64,000 nt of DNA from Escherichia coli (GCF_044324875.1 NZ_CP172185.1); one strand, 5' to 3'. Shown: positions 1 to 12,219, counted from the stretch's first letter. Made by a program: numbers and translations. Notes: generated from the letters alone by a model not told the origin.

Positions 1-122
1 CGCTGAAAAGCGTGCTGTGCATCGGTGGCTCCTGGCTGGTTCCGGCAGATGCGCTGGAAGCGGGCGATTACGACCGCATTACTAAGCTGGCGCGTGAAGC
101 TGTAGAAGGCGCTAAGCTGTAA
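1..122 (+). CDS. eda: KHG/KDPG aldolase, C-terminal fragment (5' end lies outside the window)
   Basis: Frame 3 reads ...[14 protein letters not shown] then TAA at 120-122; matches the Eda C-terminus and the expected eda-purT synteny. Confidence 0.7.
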
Positions 123-128
123 AAGTCA

Positions 129-158
129 AAATGCCCGATCCTCGATCGGGCATTTTGG
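129..158. terminator. Hairpin plus T-tract between convergent eda and purT; likely bidirectional intrinsic terminator
   Basis: atgcccgatc-ctc-gatcgggcat followed by tttt. Confidence 0.5.
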
Positions 159-176
159 TAGCGTTTTTCGCCGGGG

Positions 177-1355
177 CTAAGCTTGTACTTTTATCTGTGC
201 TGCGGCGTGCTTTGCGCGCTCAATCGCTTCATCAACACTCTCTGCAGTAGCCAGTGCCACCCCCAGACGACGGCTGCCATCAATTTCCGGCTTACCAAAT
301 AAACGAATCTGCAAACCTGCGCCTACGGCATTCTGCACATTATCAAACGTGACATTCTCACTGGTCAGTTGTGGCAGGATAACGGCAGAAGCTGCAGGAC
401 CATACTGACGGATCCCGCCAACCGGAAGTCCGAGAAAGGCTCGCACATGCAGGGCAAACTCCGAGAGATCCTGAGAAATTAACGTCACCATCCCGGTATC
501 ATGTGGGCGAGGGGAGACCTCACTGAAAATCACCTCATCACCACAGACAAACAGCTCGACACCAAACAGACCATAACCGCCCAGTGCCAGCACCACTTTA
601 CGGGCAATCTCCTGCGCACGTTCAAGGGCAAGCGGGCTCATTTGTTGTGGTTGCCAGGATTCACGATAGTCGCCATTTTCCTGGCGATGACCTACCGGTG
701 CACAGAAATGGACGCCATCCACCGCGCTGACGGTTAGCAGGGTAATTTCGAAGTCAAACTTAACGACGCCTTCAACAATTACGCGGCCCGCTCCGGCGCG
801 ACCGCCTTGCTGAGCGTACTCCCATGCTTGAGCAAGTTGCTCTGCAGAACGAATAAACGTCTGCCCTTTACCGGAAGAGCTCATCACCGGTTTAACAATG
901 CAGGGATAGCCGATGTCAGCAACCGCCTCGCGGAAAAGGCTTTCGCTATCGGCAAAACGATAAGTGGAAGTGGGCAGCTGCAGCTCTTCTGCCGCCAGGC
1001 GACGGATACCCTCGCGATTCATCGTTAATTTCGTTGCGCGCGCGCAGGGGACAACATTCAGCCCTTCCTCTTCAAGTTGGATCAGCATATCGGTGGCAAT
1101 AGCTTCGATCTCCGGCACGATATAATGTGGTTTTTCCAGTTCAACCACACGGCGTAATGCATCACCATCAAGCATATTAATGACATGGGAGCGATGCGCG
1201 ACATGCATAGCTGGCGCGTCGGCATAGCGATCGACGGCAATCACCTCTACGCCGAGACGCTGACACTCGATTGCCACTTCTTTACCCAGTTCACCGGAGC
1301 CTAATAACATCACGCGAGTTGCTGCCGGACGCAGCGCAGTGCCTAATAACGTCAT
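177..1355 (-). CDS. purT: Formate-dependent phosphoribosylglycinamide formyltransferase (GAR transformylase T)
   Basis: 392 aa ORF; ATP-grasp protein beginning [27 protein letters not shown]; length and sequence match PurT. Confidence 0.93.
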   Translation of the reverse strand: MTLLGTALRPAATRVMLLGSGELGKEVAIECQRLGVEVIAVDRYADAPAMHVAHRSHVINMLDGDALRRVVELEKPHYIVPEIEAIATDMLIQLEEEGLNVVPCARATKLTMNREGIRRLAAEELQLPTSTYRFADSESLFREAVADIGYPCIVKPVMSSSGKGQTFIRSAEQLAQAWEYAQQGGRAGAGRVIVEGVVKFDFEITLLTVSAVDGVHFCAPVGHRQENGDYRESWQPQQMSPLALERAQEIARKVVLALGGYGLFGVELFVCGDEVIFSEVSPRPHDTGMVTLISQDLSEFALHVRAFLGLPVGGIRQYGPAASAVILPQLTSENVTFDNVQNAVGAGLQIRLFGKPEIDGSRRLGVALATAESVDEAIERAKHAAAQIKVQA

Positions 1356-1392
1356 AACGAATATCCCCTGATTAATTCCGCGCGCAGTATAA

Positions 1393-1408
1393 ACGAAAAC
1401 GTTTGCGT
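1393..1408. promoter_or_regulatory. Candidate PurR operator upstream of purT
   Basis: acgaaaacgtttgcgt is a 16 bp palindrome matching the PurR box consensus ACGCAAACGTTTTCGT on the complementary strand; sits 38 bp upstream of the purT start. Confidence 0.6.
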
Positions 1409-1452
1409 GTGTCTTTATTGTTGATGTTGATTTCCCAACCGAGAAGAAATAT

Positions 1453-1472
1453 ACTGTATAAAATCACAGTTA
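1453..1472. promoter_or_regulatory. LexA (SOS) box upstream of yebG
   Basis: TACTGTATAAAATCACAGTT has the CTGT-N8-ACAG core of the LexA consensus; yebG is a known SOS gene. Confidence 0.7.
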
Positions 1473-1488
1473 TTATGAGAGGCTGCAA

Positions 1489-1779
1489 ATGGCGGTTGAA
1501 GTTAAATACGTAGTCATTCGTGAGGGCGAAGAGAAAATGTCGTTTACCAGCAAAAAGGAAGCCGATGCTTATGACAAAATGCTTGATACGGCGGATCTGC
1601 TTGACACCTGGCTGACAAATTCTCCAGTGCAAATGGAAGACGAGCAACGTGAAGCCCTTTCGCTATGGCTGGCAGAACAAAAAGATGTGCTGAGCACCAT
1701 TCTGAAAACCGGCAAATTACCGTCCCCACAGGTCGTCGGTGCTGAATCCGAAGAGGAAGATGCCTCACACGCGGCCTGA
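1489..1779 (+). CDS. yebG: DNA-damage-inducible protein YebG
   Basis: 96 aa ORF directly downstream of the LexA box; sequence and position match YebG. Confidence 0.85.
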   Translation: MAVEVKYVVIREGEEKMSFTSKKEADAYDKMLDTADLLDTWLTNSPVQMEDEQREALSLWLAEQKDVLSTILKTGKLPSPQVVGAESEEEDASHAA

Positions 1780-1797
1780 AGCAACTTGCGCTCCTGA

Positions 1798-2202
<405 letters not shown>

Positions 2203-2229
2203 TGGCTTCTGATAATTCGATTGACCGTT

Positions 2230-2314
2230 GGCGGATGCGGCGCGAATGCCTTGTCCGCCCCACAACGCACCACAATCGTAGGCCTGAGAAGACGCAACAG
2301 CGTCGCATCGGGCA
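2230..2314. repeat. BIME: two REP (repetitive extragenic palindromic) units in inverted orientation
   Basis: GGCGGATGCGGCGCGAATGCCTTGTCCGCC (2230-2263) and GTAGGCCTGAGAAGACGCAACAGCGTCGCATCGGGCA (2278-2314) resemble E. coli REP consensus sequences; located just after the yebF stop. Confidence 0.6.
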
Positions 2315-2528
2315 ATCAGCTTCAAACAGTGCCACTCAAAACGTCAAATTACTTTCACCTAAAATACCCTTATCACCTGATATACAGTGAATACCTTACC
2401 TGGCGCGAATTTCTTTGAATAACGGCCTACCGACCCGCTTATTTGCGCATCTTTTGTCTCGATATACATTTTCTGACATCCTCATCCGCTATGCTACAGG
2501 CACTAAAAATGGTTATTGAGGAGCAAAT

Positions 2529-3188
2529 ATGGCTAACTGGTTAAATCAACTGCAATCCTTGCTTGGGCAAAGCAGTTCTTCTGCCTCCTCGTCTGCGGAT
2601 CAGGGATTGGGCAAACTTTTAGTGCCAGGCGCATTAGGCGGACTGGCTGGGCTGCTGGTCGCAAATAAATCAGCACGTAAACTTCTTACGAAATATGGCA
2701 CCAACGCGTTACTGGTTGGCGGCGGAGCGGTCGCGGGTACGGTGCTGTGGAATAAATACAAAGATAAAATTCGCGCGGCGCATCAGGACGAACCGCAGTT
2801 TGGCGCGCAAAGTACGCCGCTGGATGAGCGTACGGAACGTTTGATCCTTGCGCTGGTCTTTGCCGCTAAAAGTGATGGTCATATTGATGCCAAAGAACGT
2901 GCGGCAATCGATCAGCAATTGCGTGAAGCCGGTGTGGAAGAACAGGGGCGTGTACTCATTGAGCAGGCAATCGAACAACCGCTGGATCCACAACGCCTGG
3001 CTACCGGGATTCGCAATGAAGAAGAGGCGCTGGAAATCTATTTCCTGAGCTGCGCGGCTATTGATATTGACCATTTTATGGAACGCAGTTACCTGAATGC
3101 ACTGGGTGACGCGCTGAAAATCCCCCAGGATGTTCGTGACGGCATTGAACGCGATCTCGAACAGCAAAAACGTACTTTGGCGGAATAA
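2529..3188 (+). CDS. yebE: Inner membrane protein YebE (DUF533)
   Basis: 219 aa ORF in the expected position after yebF. Confidence 0.85.
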   Translation: MANWLNQLQSLLGQSSSSASSSADQGLGKLLVPGALGGLAGLLVANKSARKLLTKYGTNALLVGGGAVAGTVLWNKYKDKIRAAHQDEPQFGAQSTPLDERTERLILALVFAAKSDGHIDAKERAAIDQQLREAGVEEQGRVLIEQAIEQPLDPQRLATGIRNEEEALEIYFLSCAAIDIDHFMERSYLNALGDALKIPQDVRDGIERDLEQQKRTLAE

Positions 3189-3351
3189 TTCCGCTCTCAG
3201 GATAGCCTGAAGTTGACTATTTCGGGCTATCCAGAACCGCACAGCCATTTGAACAGGCTGATTTTCTCTGTCTGCATAACATTCGATATCCGCGCCATTA
3301 CCTGTCATCATGTGACTGCTCCCCGCCCTGTCGGGCAAGGCTTCCCACTTC

Positions 3352-4521
3352 TTAAGCCGCAACCGTCTGTGCTACGGATTTATGCTGGCCTCCATGGGCA
3401 GAAACGACGAGTCCCGCCGCTTGTAATTCCAGTATGCCCTTGCGTTTGATGTTGAGCGCCGCGTTGATATCGCGGTCATGTTCAACTCCACACTCTGGAC
3501 ACTGCCAGATGCGCTTATGTAATGGCATCTCCGACATTTTGTGACCGCAGCAGTGGCAGGTTTTCGAACTGGCGAACCATTGATCCAGTTTCACCAGATG
3601 CACACCTTTCTCTGTTGCTTTGTATTCCAGTTTTGTGATGAATCCAGACCATCCAGCATCGCCTATCGCACGAGCCAGATGGTGATTTTTCATCATATTT
3701 GCCGTTTTCAATGTCTCGACAATTACCGCTTGGTTTTCGTCAACAATTGCGCGAGATAACTTGTGCTGGAAATCGGCACGGGCACTGGCTACCCGTTCGT
3801 GAACGGCTGCAAGTTGTATTCTGGCTTTGCGCCTGTTTGCGTTCCCTTTTTTCTTACGGGACAGTGCTTTCTGCTTCCGGCGAAGGTTGCGACTTGCATT
3901 GATTAGGTGGCGGGGACTGGCAATTTTATTGCCGTCCGATTTGATGACAAAATGCGCCAGCCCCATATCCAGCCCTGTCACATTTGATATCAGTGCAGGC
4001 TTTGCCGGCGCTTCCATCCCGTCGTCACAAAGTAACGACGCGTAGTATTTCCCGGTTGCGCTGCGGCTCAACGTGATACTTTTCAGCATTCCCGTAATTT
4101 CACGATGTAAACGCGCTTCAATCGGCAAGATTTTCGGTATTTTTATCGCACCATCAAGGACTTTTATGCCAACACAATGATAGCTCGATTGTCTGCCGTG
4201 TTTACTTTTAAAGGTAGGTTTACCTGCTTTCAGTTTCGGATTGAAAAAGTTAGAAAAAGCCACGTCGAGGTTAATTACCGCCTGCTGCAACGCAATAGAA
4301 TCATATTCTTTAAGCCATCCATACCGGCGGGATTTCTTCGCCACTGCAAGCAGTGGTTTGAGGTCTTTACGCGGGTTTAAATTTACGCGGTGCCGCTGGT
4401 AAGAATGTTTCTTGATATGCAGAGCTTTGTTGTACGCAAAACGCACTGCACCGAACTGGGCGTTGATAAATTCAGCCTGTTCTGGTGTCGGGTAGATGCG
4501 TACTTTTGTTGCTCTTAACAT
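3352..4521 (-). CDS. tnpB: TnpB (IS605 OrfB family, RuvC-like RNA-guided nuclease)
   Basis: 389 aa; N-terminus MLRATKVRIYPTPEQAEFINAQFGAVRFAYNKAL typical of OrfB; putative RuvC triad residues in GLDMGLAHF, IVETLK and HDRDINAALNI; C-terminal zinc-finger cysteines CHCCGHK...CPECG. Confidence 0.85.
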   Translation of the reverse strand: MLRATKVRIYPTPEQAEFINAQFGAVRFAYNKALHIKKHSYQRHRVNLNPRKDLKPLLAVAKKSRRYGWLKEYDSIALQQAVINLDVAFSNFFNPKLKAGKPTFKSKHGRQSSYHCVGIKVLDGAIKIPKILPIEARLHREITGMLKSITLSRSATGKYYASLLCDDGMEAPAKPALISNVTGLDMGLAHFVIKSDGNKIASPRHLINASRNLRRKQKALSRKKKGNANRRKARIQLAAVHERVASARADFQHKLSRAIVDENQAVIVETLKTANMMKNHHLARAIGDAGWSGFITKLEYKATEKGVHLVKLDQWFASSKTCHCCGHKMSEMPLHKRIWQCPECGVEHDRDINAALNIKRKGILELQAAGLVVSAHGGQHKSVAQTVAA

Positions 4522-4577
4522 AATCAGCGCTCATTGATATAATGCTTTTATTTTAACACTTTAGGTAAATATATCAA

Positions 4578-5003
4578 TTGAGTAATCATGATGATTTACT
4601 GGCGGGATTTCTCCGCAAACGACACAGTGTCAGTAAGCTGGTTGTGCACCTTATTTTTACGACAAAGTATCGACGCAAACTATTCGACAGTCAGATGATC
4701 GCTCAGTTGCGTGAGGCTTTTGGCTCCGCTGCGGCAAAGCTTGAATGCGAAATTATTGAGATGGACGGGGAGCCAGACCATGTACACCTGCTGGTTGCCT
4801 ACCCGCCAAAACTGGCGGTCAGTGTGATGGTCAATAATTTAAAATCGGTATCATCACGTTTGCTACGCCAGCAGAACGCGCATTTACGTATGCAGAGTAA
4901 AACGGGGCTTTTGTGGTCGAGATCGTACTTTGTCTGTAGCACCGGAGAGGCAACGATTGAAACGCTCAGAGCCTACGTTCAGAGTCAGTCAACACCTGAT
5001 TGA
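4578..5003 (+). CDS. tnpA: IS200/IS605-family TnpA (HUH Y1 transposase); start codon uncertain
   Basis: 141 aa; motifs HLIFTTKYRRKLF, HUH HVHLL and catalytic-Tyr region SRSYFVCSTG; no in-frame ATG near the 5' end, so the ORF track used TTG at 4578. Confidence 0.75.
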   Translation: MSNHDDLLAGFLRKRHSVSKLVVHLIFTTKYRRKLFDSQMIAQLREAFGSAAAKLECEIIEMDGEPDHVHLLVAYPPKLAVSVMVNNLKSVSSRLLRQQNAHLRMQSKTGLLWSRSYFVCSTGEATIETLRAYVQSQSTPD

Positions 5004-5132
5004 TCTTTAAAGCCCTGCGGGCTTTTCGCCTTATATCCCCGCCCGCATTGGGCGAGGGTTTACGGCGTTTTTCGCTAAGCAATGACTACCCTGTTTCGCT
5101 TGCATCTCCGGTGAGTTTTGCCACCCTTATAA

Positions 5133-7879
<2,747 letters not shown>

Positions 7880-7902
7880 GGCATGCTCCAGGCCGAAAAA
7901 GC

Positions 7903-8559
7903 CTAGCGTAATGGAATGATATCGCCTTGCCAACCCTGTGATGAACGCTGACCGACTAACAATAATGAACCACGATCGGCGCGAACGATGAGACGACCAT
8001 GTTCATCCCATAGTGCACTGTTACCACGGGCATTTGCCATCAGCACGGCAATCGAGTACTGATGTGAAAAAAATTGTAAGCGACGGGCCGACGCCAGCAG
8101 GTCGGGTTCTCCCAGACATTGCCCTGTCGTAAACAGTGAACAGGTCGGGTCCATATCCATACCTTGCGGTTGTTCATCGACCACCGTGATGGTTCTGGAA
8201 CGACGGCCCAGACATGCACCATGACTCTGATGGTAGATCCCAGGCGTTTTTCGCCACGGTGCGAACACCGCAATTCCACGAATAAAGCGATCGTTATATT
8301 CAACGGGAAGGCCGGCAATGATGGTCATTCGCCAGGTCGTTGCAGCATAACAAAGCGGGTCTAACAGCGAGAGATCGGGTGGGGCAGGAAGGGCACGTCG
8401 CGAATAATCACACCCCAGTAAAGAAAGCGATGGAAAAACTAACAGCTGACATTGTTGCCTGGCGGCGGCCCTCACAAACTCCAGATGATGAGCTACCTGT
8501 TCGGTCAGTGAGGTTTTACGAGGCTCATATTGCGCTGCTGCAACTTTCCAGAACGACAT
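7903..8559 (-). CDS. yobB: Carbon-nitrogen hydrolase family protein YobB
   Basis: 218 aa ORF immediately upstream of exoX on the same strand. Confidence 0.8.
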   Translation of the reverse strand: MSFWKVAAAQYEPRKTSLTEQVAHHLEFVRAAARQQCQLLVFPSLSLLGCDYSRRALPAPPDLSLLDPLCYAATTWRMTIIAGLPVEYNDRFIRGIAVFAPWRKTPGIYHQSHGACLGRRSRTITVVDEQPQGMDMDPTCSLFTTGQCLGEPDLLASARRLQFFSHQYSIAVLMANARGNSALWDEHGRLIVRADRGSLLLVGQRSSQGWQGDIIPLR

Positions 8560-8660
8560 AATGACTTCCTTTTCAAAATGACTGCAAATTATGGGTGCGG
8601 TTTAGAAAATACTCATAATTTAGCAGGCGTTATGTAAGAAAGTGTAACTCTGTATAAGTT

Positions 8661-8891
8661 TTATTTAAGTTTGGGCTCGTAAGGTAAACGTGACAGATTG
8701 ACCGAAGCCAAACGGTGGGCGATAAGCCGCTCGCGAAACCAGCTGCGCAAATGTTCAGGCTGTTCACGTTCAACCGCTTCAGCGATCACCGGCATATTGT
8801 AGCGTTCTTTAAATGCCACCCCGGCCGCCGCCAAATCGACATTCACTTTATCCATTTCTGTTTGATCCAGTTTAGCCAGATTCTTCAGCAT
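8661..8891 (-). CDS. holE: DNA polymerase III theta subunit
   Basis: 76 aa from [40 protein letters not shown]; the ORF track shows a longer N-terminally extended frame. Confidence 0.85.
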
Positions 8892-9029
8892 TCTTAATCT
8901 CCTCATCATTCGCGGGCAAAAGTTACTAAGAGTGAGCCTGGATGGCAAGCCGGAATTGATGATCCTCGACTCAGACATTAGACAAGGTTATGCTCTGTAA
9001 AAAAGTTATTACAAAAAGGAATAGATAAT

Positions 9030-9404
9030 ATGGCTTCAACTGCACGCTCCCTTCGCTACGCGCTGGCAATCCTGACCACTTCGTTGGTGACACCTTCCGT
9101 CTGGGCACATGCGCATTTAACGCATCAGTATCCTGCGGCAAACGCGCAAGTGACAGCTGCCCCGCAGGCAATCACTTTAAACTTCTCGGAAGGCGTTGAA
9201 ACAGGATTCAGTGGTGCAAAAATCACGGGGCCAAAAAACGAAAATATTAAAACATTACCGGCGAAGCGGAATGAGCAGGACCCAAAGCAACTGATTGTTC
9301 CACTGGCCGATTCGCTGAAACCCGGAACCTACACCGTTGACTGGCATGTTGTTTCGGTGGACGGGCATAAAACGAAAGGACACTACACCTTTAGCGTGAA
9401 ATAA
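9030..9404 (+). CDS. yobA: Periplasmic copper-binding protein, CopC family
   Basis: 124 aa with signal peptide; HxxxH-containing CopC-like sequence. Confidence 0.85.
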   Translation: MASTARSLRYALAILTTSLVTPSVWAHAHLTHQYPAANAQVTAAPQAITLNFSEGVETGFSGAKITGPKNENIKTLPAKRNEQDPKQLIVPLADSLKPGTYTVDWHVVSVDGHKTKGHYTFSVK

Positions 9405-9407
9405 ATC

Positions 9408-10280
9408 ATGCTGGCGTTTACCTGGATCGCGCTGCGATTTATCCATTTCACCTCGCTGATGCTGGTCTTTGGCTTCGCAATGTACGGTGCCTGGCTGGCT
9501 CCCTTAACGATTCGTCGCTTGCTGACGAAGCGTTTTCTGCGTTTACAACAACACGCTGCCGTCTGGAGTTTGATCAGTGCCACGGCAATGCTCGCCGTTC
9601 AGGGCGGGTTAATGGGAACGGGATGGACAGATGTATTTTCGCCAAACATTTGGCAGGCTGTTTTGCAAACGCAGTTTGGTGGCGTCTGGTTATGGCAAAT
9701 TGTTCTCGCCCTCGTAACGTTGATCGTCGCCCTTATGCAACCGCGGAATATGCCACGTTTGCTGTTTATGCTCACTACCGCGCAATTTATTCTGCTGGCG
9801 GGAGTCGGCCATGCGACGCTGAATGAAGGGGTAACGGCGAAAATCCATCAGACTAATCACGCGATTCACCTGATTTGTGCGGCGGCGTGGTTTGGGGGAT
9901 TACTGCCGGTGCTCTGGTGTATGGAACTCATCAAAGGCCGTTGGCGACACCAGGCTATTCAGGCGCTGATGCGTTTTTCCTGGTGCGGGCATTTTGCGGT
10001 GATCGGCGTACTGGCAAGCGGCGTGCTTAATGCATTGTTGATTACCGGATTTCCCCCCACGCTTACGACTTACTGGGGCCAACTCTTATTGCTCAAAGCC
10101 ATCCTGGTGATGATTATGGTGGTCATTGCGCTGGCTAATCGTTATGTTCTTGTACCGCGCATGAGGCAGGATGAAGATCGTGCGGCACCCTGGTTTGTGT
10201 GGATGACTAAACTCGAATGGGCGATAGGTGCGGTAGTGCTGGTGATCATCAGCCTGCTTGCGACTCTCGAACCTTTTTGA
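9408..10280 (+). CDS. yebZ: CopD-family inner membrane copper protein
   Basis: 290 aa polytopic membrane protein 3 bp after yobA. Confidence 0.85.
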   Translation: MLAFTWIALRFIHFTSLMLVFGFAMYGAWLAPLTIRRLLTKRFLRLQQHAAVWSLISATAMLAVQGGLMGTGWTDVFSPNIWQAVLQTQFGGVWLWQIVLALVTLIVALMQPRNMPRLLFMLTTAQFILLAGVGHATLNEGVTAKIHQTNHAIHLICAAAWFGGLLPVLWCMELIKGRWRHQAIQALMRFSWCGHFAVIGVLASGVLNALLITGFPPTLTTYWGQLLLLKAILVMIMVVIALANRYVLVPRMRQDEDRAAPWFVWMTKLEWAIGAVVLVIISLLATLEPF

Positions 10281-10292
10281 TGGATTACGAAA

Positions 10293-10634
10293 ATGATGAA
10301 AAAAAGTATTCTGGCGTTTCTGTTACTCACCAGTTCTGCAGCGGCGCTGGCGGCACCGCAGGTGATTACCGTCAGCCGTTTTGAAGTGGGTAAAGACAAA
10401 TGGGCGTTTAATCGCGAAGAGGTGATGCTGACTTGCCGACCGGGTAATGCTTTGTATGTCATCAACCCAAGTACCCTCGTGCAGTATCCTTTAAACGATA
10501 TCGCACAAAAGGAAGTTACCAGTGGGAAGACTAAAGCCCAGCCCATTTCGGTGATTCAGATTGATGATCCTAACAATCGCGGCGAAAAAATGAGTCTGGC
10601 ACCGTTTATAGAACGAGCTGAAAAACTCTGTTAA
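10293..10634 (+). CDS. yebY: Periplasmic protein YebY (DUF2511)
   Basis: 113 aa with signal peptide; third gene of the yobA-yebZ-yebY cluster. Confidence 0.8.
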   Translation: MMKKSILAFLLLTSSAAALAAPQVITVSRFEVGKDKWAFNREEVMLTCRPGNALYVINPSTLVQYPLNDIAQKEVTSGKTKAQPISVIQIDDPNNRGEKMSLAPFIERAEKLC

Positions 10635-10663
10635 TTACCTAAAATAACCTTTTGATTTCCAAT

Positions 10664-10706
10664 AAAAAAACCGCCTCAGTTCTTTCACCAGAACGGGCGG
10701 TTTTTA
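10664..10706. terminator. Intrinsic terminator after yebY (may also terminate antisense RyeA)
   Basis: accgcctcagttctttcaccagaacgggcggt stem followed by ttttt. Confidence 0.5.
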
Positions 10707-10792
10707 ACATTTAAGCTGATGACCACCGCGCTTTTTATTGACCATTTTGCACGCAAACTGGAAAACCTGGCGTCGTCATCTATTCTTAAAGG

Positions 10793-10895
10793 GCAAGGCA
10801 ACTAAGCCTGCATTAATGCCAACTTTTAGCGCACGGCTCTCTCCCAAGAGCCATTTCCCTGGACCGAATACAGGAATCGTGTTCGGTCTCTTTTT
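10793..10895 (+). ncRNA. sdsR: SdsR (RyeB) Hfq-dependent sRNA; antisense RyeA/SraC expected on the opposite strand across the same locus
   Basis: Recognised sequence GCAAGGCAACTAAGCCTGCATTAATGCCAACTTTTAGCGCACGGCTCTCTCCCAAGAGCCATTTCCCTGGACCGAATACAGGAATCGTGTTCGGTCTCTTTTT, ending in a terminator hairpin plus U-tract; located in the yebY-pphA intergenic region as in K-12. Confidence 0.7.
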
Positions 10896-11029
10896 ATCTG
10901 TTAAAAGCCAGAAGCATTCCCTTCGCTGACTTTATAGTCAACCATAACACACACTCTACTGTCTGAGTCCAGCGTTTTTTAACATTCTTGTTAAGATTAT
11001 GTGATCTTTAGCGCGGGAGGAAAATATTG

Positions 11030-11686
11030 ATGAAACAGCCTGCGCCCGTTTATCAGAGAATTGCGGGTCATCAATGGCGACATATCTGGCTTTCAGGCGA
11101 TATACACGGTTGTCTTGAGCAGTTGCGCCGCAAATTATGGCATTGTGGTTTTGATCCGTGGCGAGATTTACTTATCTCAGTGGGAGACGTTATCGATCGT
11201 GGGCCGCAAAGTTTACGTTGCCTGCAGTTACTGGAACAACATTGGGTTCGTGCGGTAAGAGGCAATCATGAACAGATGGCGATGGATGCGCTGGCATCCC
11301 AGCAGATGTCTTTATGGTTGATGAATGGCGGCGACTGGTTTATTGCGCTGGCAGATAATCAACAGAAACAAGCGAAAACGACGCTGGAAAAATGTCAGCA
11401 TTTGCCCTTTATTCTTGAAGTACACAGTCGCACCGGCAAACATGTTATTGCTCATGCCGATTATCCAGATGATGTTTATGAATGGCAAAAGGACGTTGAT
11501 TTGCATCAGGTCTTGTGGAGCCGCTCGCGATTAGGTGAACGCCAAAAAGGGCAGGGAATTACAGGTGCTGATCATTTCTGGTTTGGTCATACACCGTTGC
11601 GCCATCGCGTGGATATTGGCAACCTGCATTATATTGATACAGGTGCTGTCTTTGGGGGCGAACTGACTGTTGTGCAATTGCAATAA
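11030..11686 (+). CDS. pphA: Serine/threonine protein phosphatase 1
   Basis: 218 aa from MKQPAPVYQRIAGHQWRHIWLSGDIHGC; GDxHG and GNHE metallophosphatase motifs. Confidence 0.85.
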   Translation: MKQPAPVYQRIAGHQWRHIWLSGDIHGCLEQLRRKLWHCGFDPWRDLLISVGDVIDRGPQSLRCLQLLEQHWVRAVRGNHEQMAMDALASQQMSLWLMNGGDWFIALADNQQKQAKTTLEKCQHLPFILEVHSRTGKHVIAHADYPDDVYEWQKDVDLHQVLWSRSRLGERQKGQGITGADHFWFGHTPLRHRVDIGNLHYIDTGAVFGGELTVVQLQ

Positions 11687-11878
11687 TTAAAAATCACCGT
11701 ACTCCTGTGCAGGTCGCCAGAAACCATCTATAAAATCCTCAATCGGAAAACAACCGCCATGGCGGATCCGTTGATCGCTCATAGAATAAAGACACTGCTG
11801 TTCCGTGTTGTAGACATCCACAACAATATCTTCACAACCGCCATCCAGGTAGCAAACAAAAAGTACCAGCGCGAACAT
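11687..11878 (-). CDS. yebW: Small protein YebW
   Basis: 63 aa from MFALVLFVCYLDGGCEDIVVDVY; the ORF track extends 28 codons upstream. Confidence 0.7.
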   Translation of the reverse strand: MFALVLFVCYLDGGCEDIVVDVYNTEQQCLYSMSDQRIRHGGCFPIEDFIDGFWRPAQEYGDF

Positions 11879-11982
11879 TTCATCCCCGAAGTGTGGTGCC
11901 GTACCGTTAAGTTTAGGAGAGATTTTACAACGGGGGAATAACCAGGACAAATAACCCGCCATGCCGACGGGTTCTTTTTGGA

Positions 11983-12219
11983 TTAGGCAAGACGCATAAT
12001 CCAGGCATCAGATTGTTGATCGTAACGGGTACGGTAAAGGACAGAGTGTTCGCCATTTAGCAGGGCAGGAATACTGGTTTCAGCATCCCAGGCATCCAGT
12101 TGCATACATAAATCGGGGTCTGATTTACAAGGAATGGTTAACGTTCGATCACCCGGCGATTCGCCGTGTAATTCGCCGTCGTCGATTTCAAAAGCGCCTA
12201 TGCGCACACTGGTTTTCAT
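11983..12219 (-). CDS. yebV: Small protein YebV
   Basis: 78 aa from MKTSVRIGAFEIDDGELHGESPGDRTL. Confidence 0.75.
   Translation of the reverse strand: MKTSVRIGAFEIDDGELHGESPGDRTLTIPCKSDPDLCMQLDAWDAETSIPALLNGEHSVLYRTRYDQQSDAWIMRLA

Larger units (their letters stand above)
3300..5080 (-). mobile_element. IS200/IS605-family insertion sequence with divergent tnpA and tnpB; boundaries approximate
   Basis: HUH tnpA and tnpB back to back with 56 bp between their starts; similar GC-rich hairpins near both ends (3321-3340 and 5037-5058); to my recollection this sits in the yebE-ptrB intergenic space, which is short and IS-free in K-12. Confidence 0.55.

Noticed and set aside
501-1028. Plus-strand ORFs of 78 and 73 aa inside purT
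   Set aside because: Antisense to a conserved, full-length purT; no RBS; typical GC-rich shadow ORFs.
2709-3362. 217 aa minus-strand ORF
   Set aside because: Almost entirely antisense to yebE; no recognisable domain; the 3' part runs into the IS end region.
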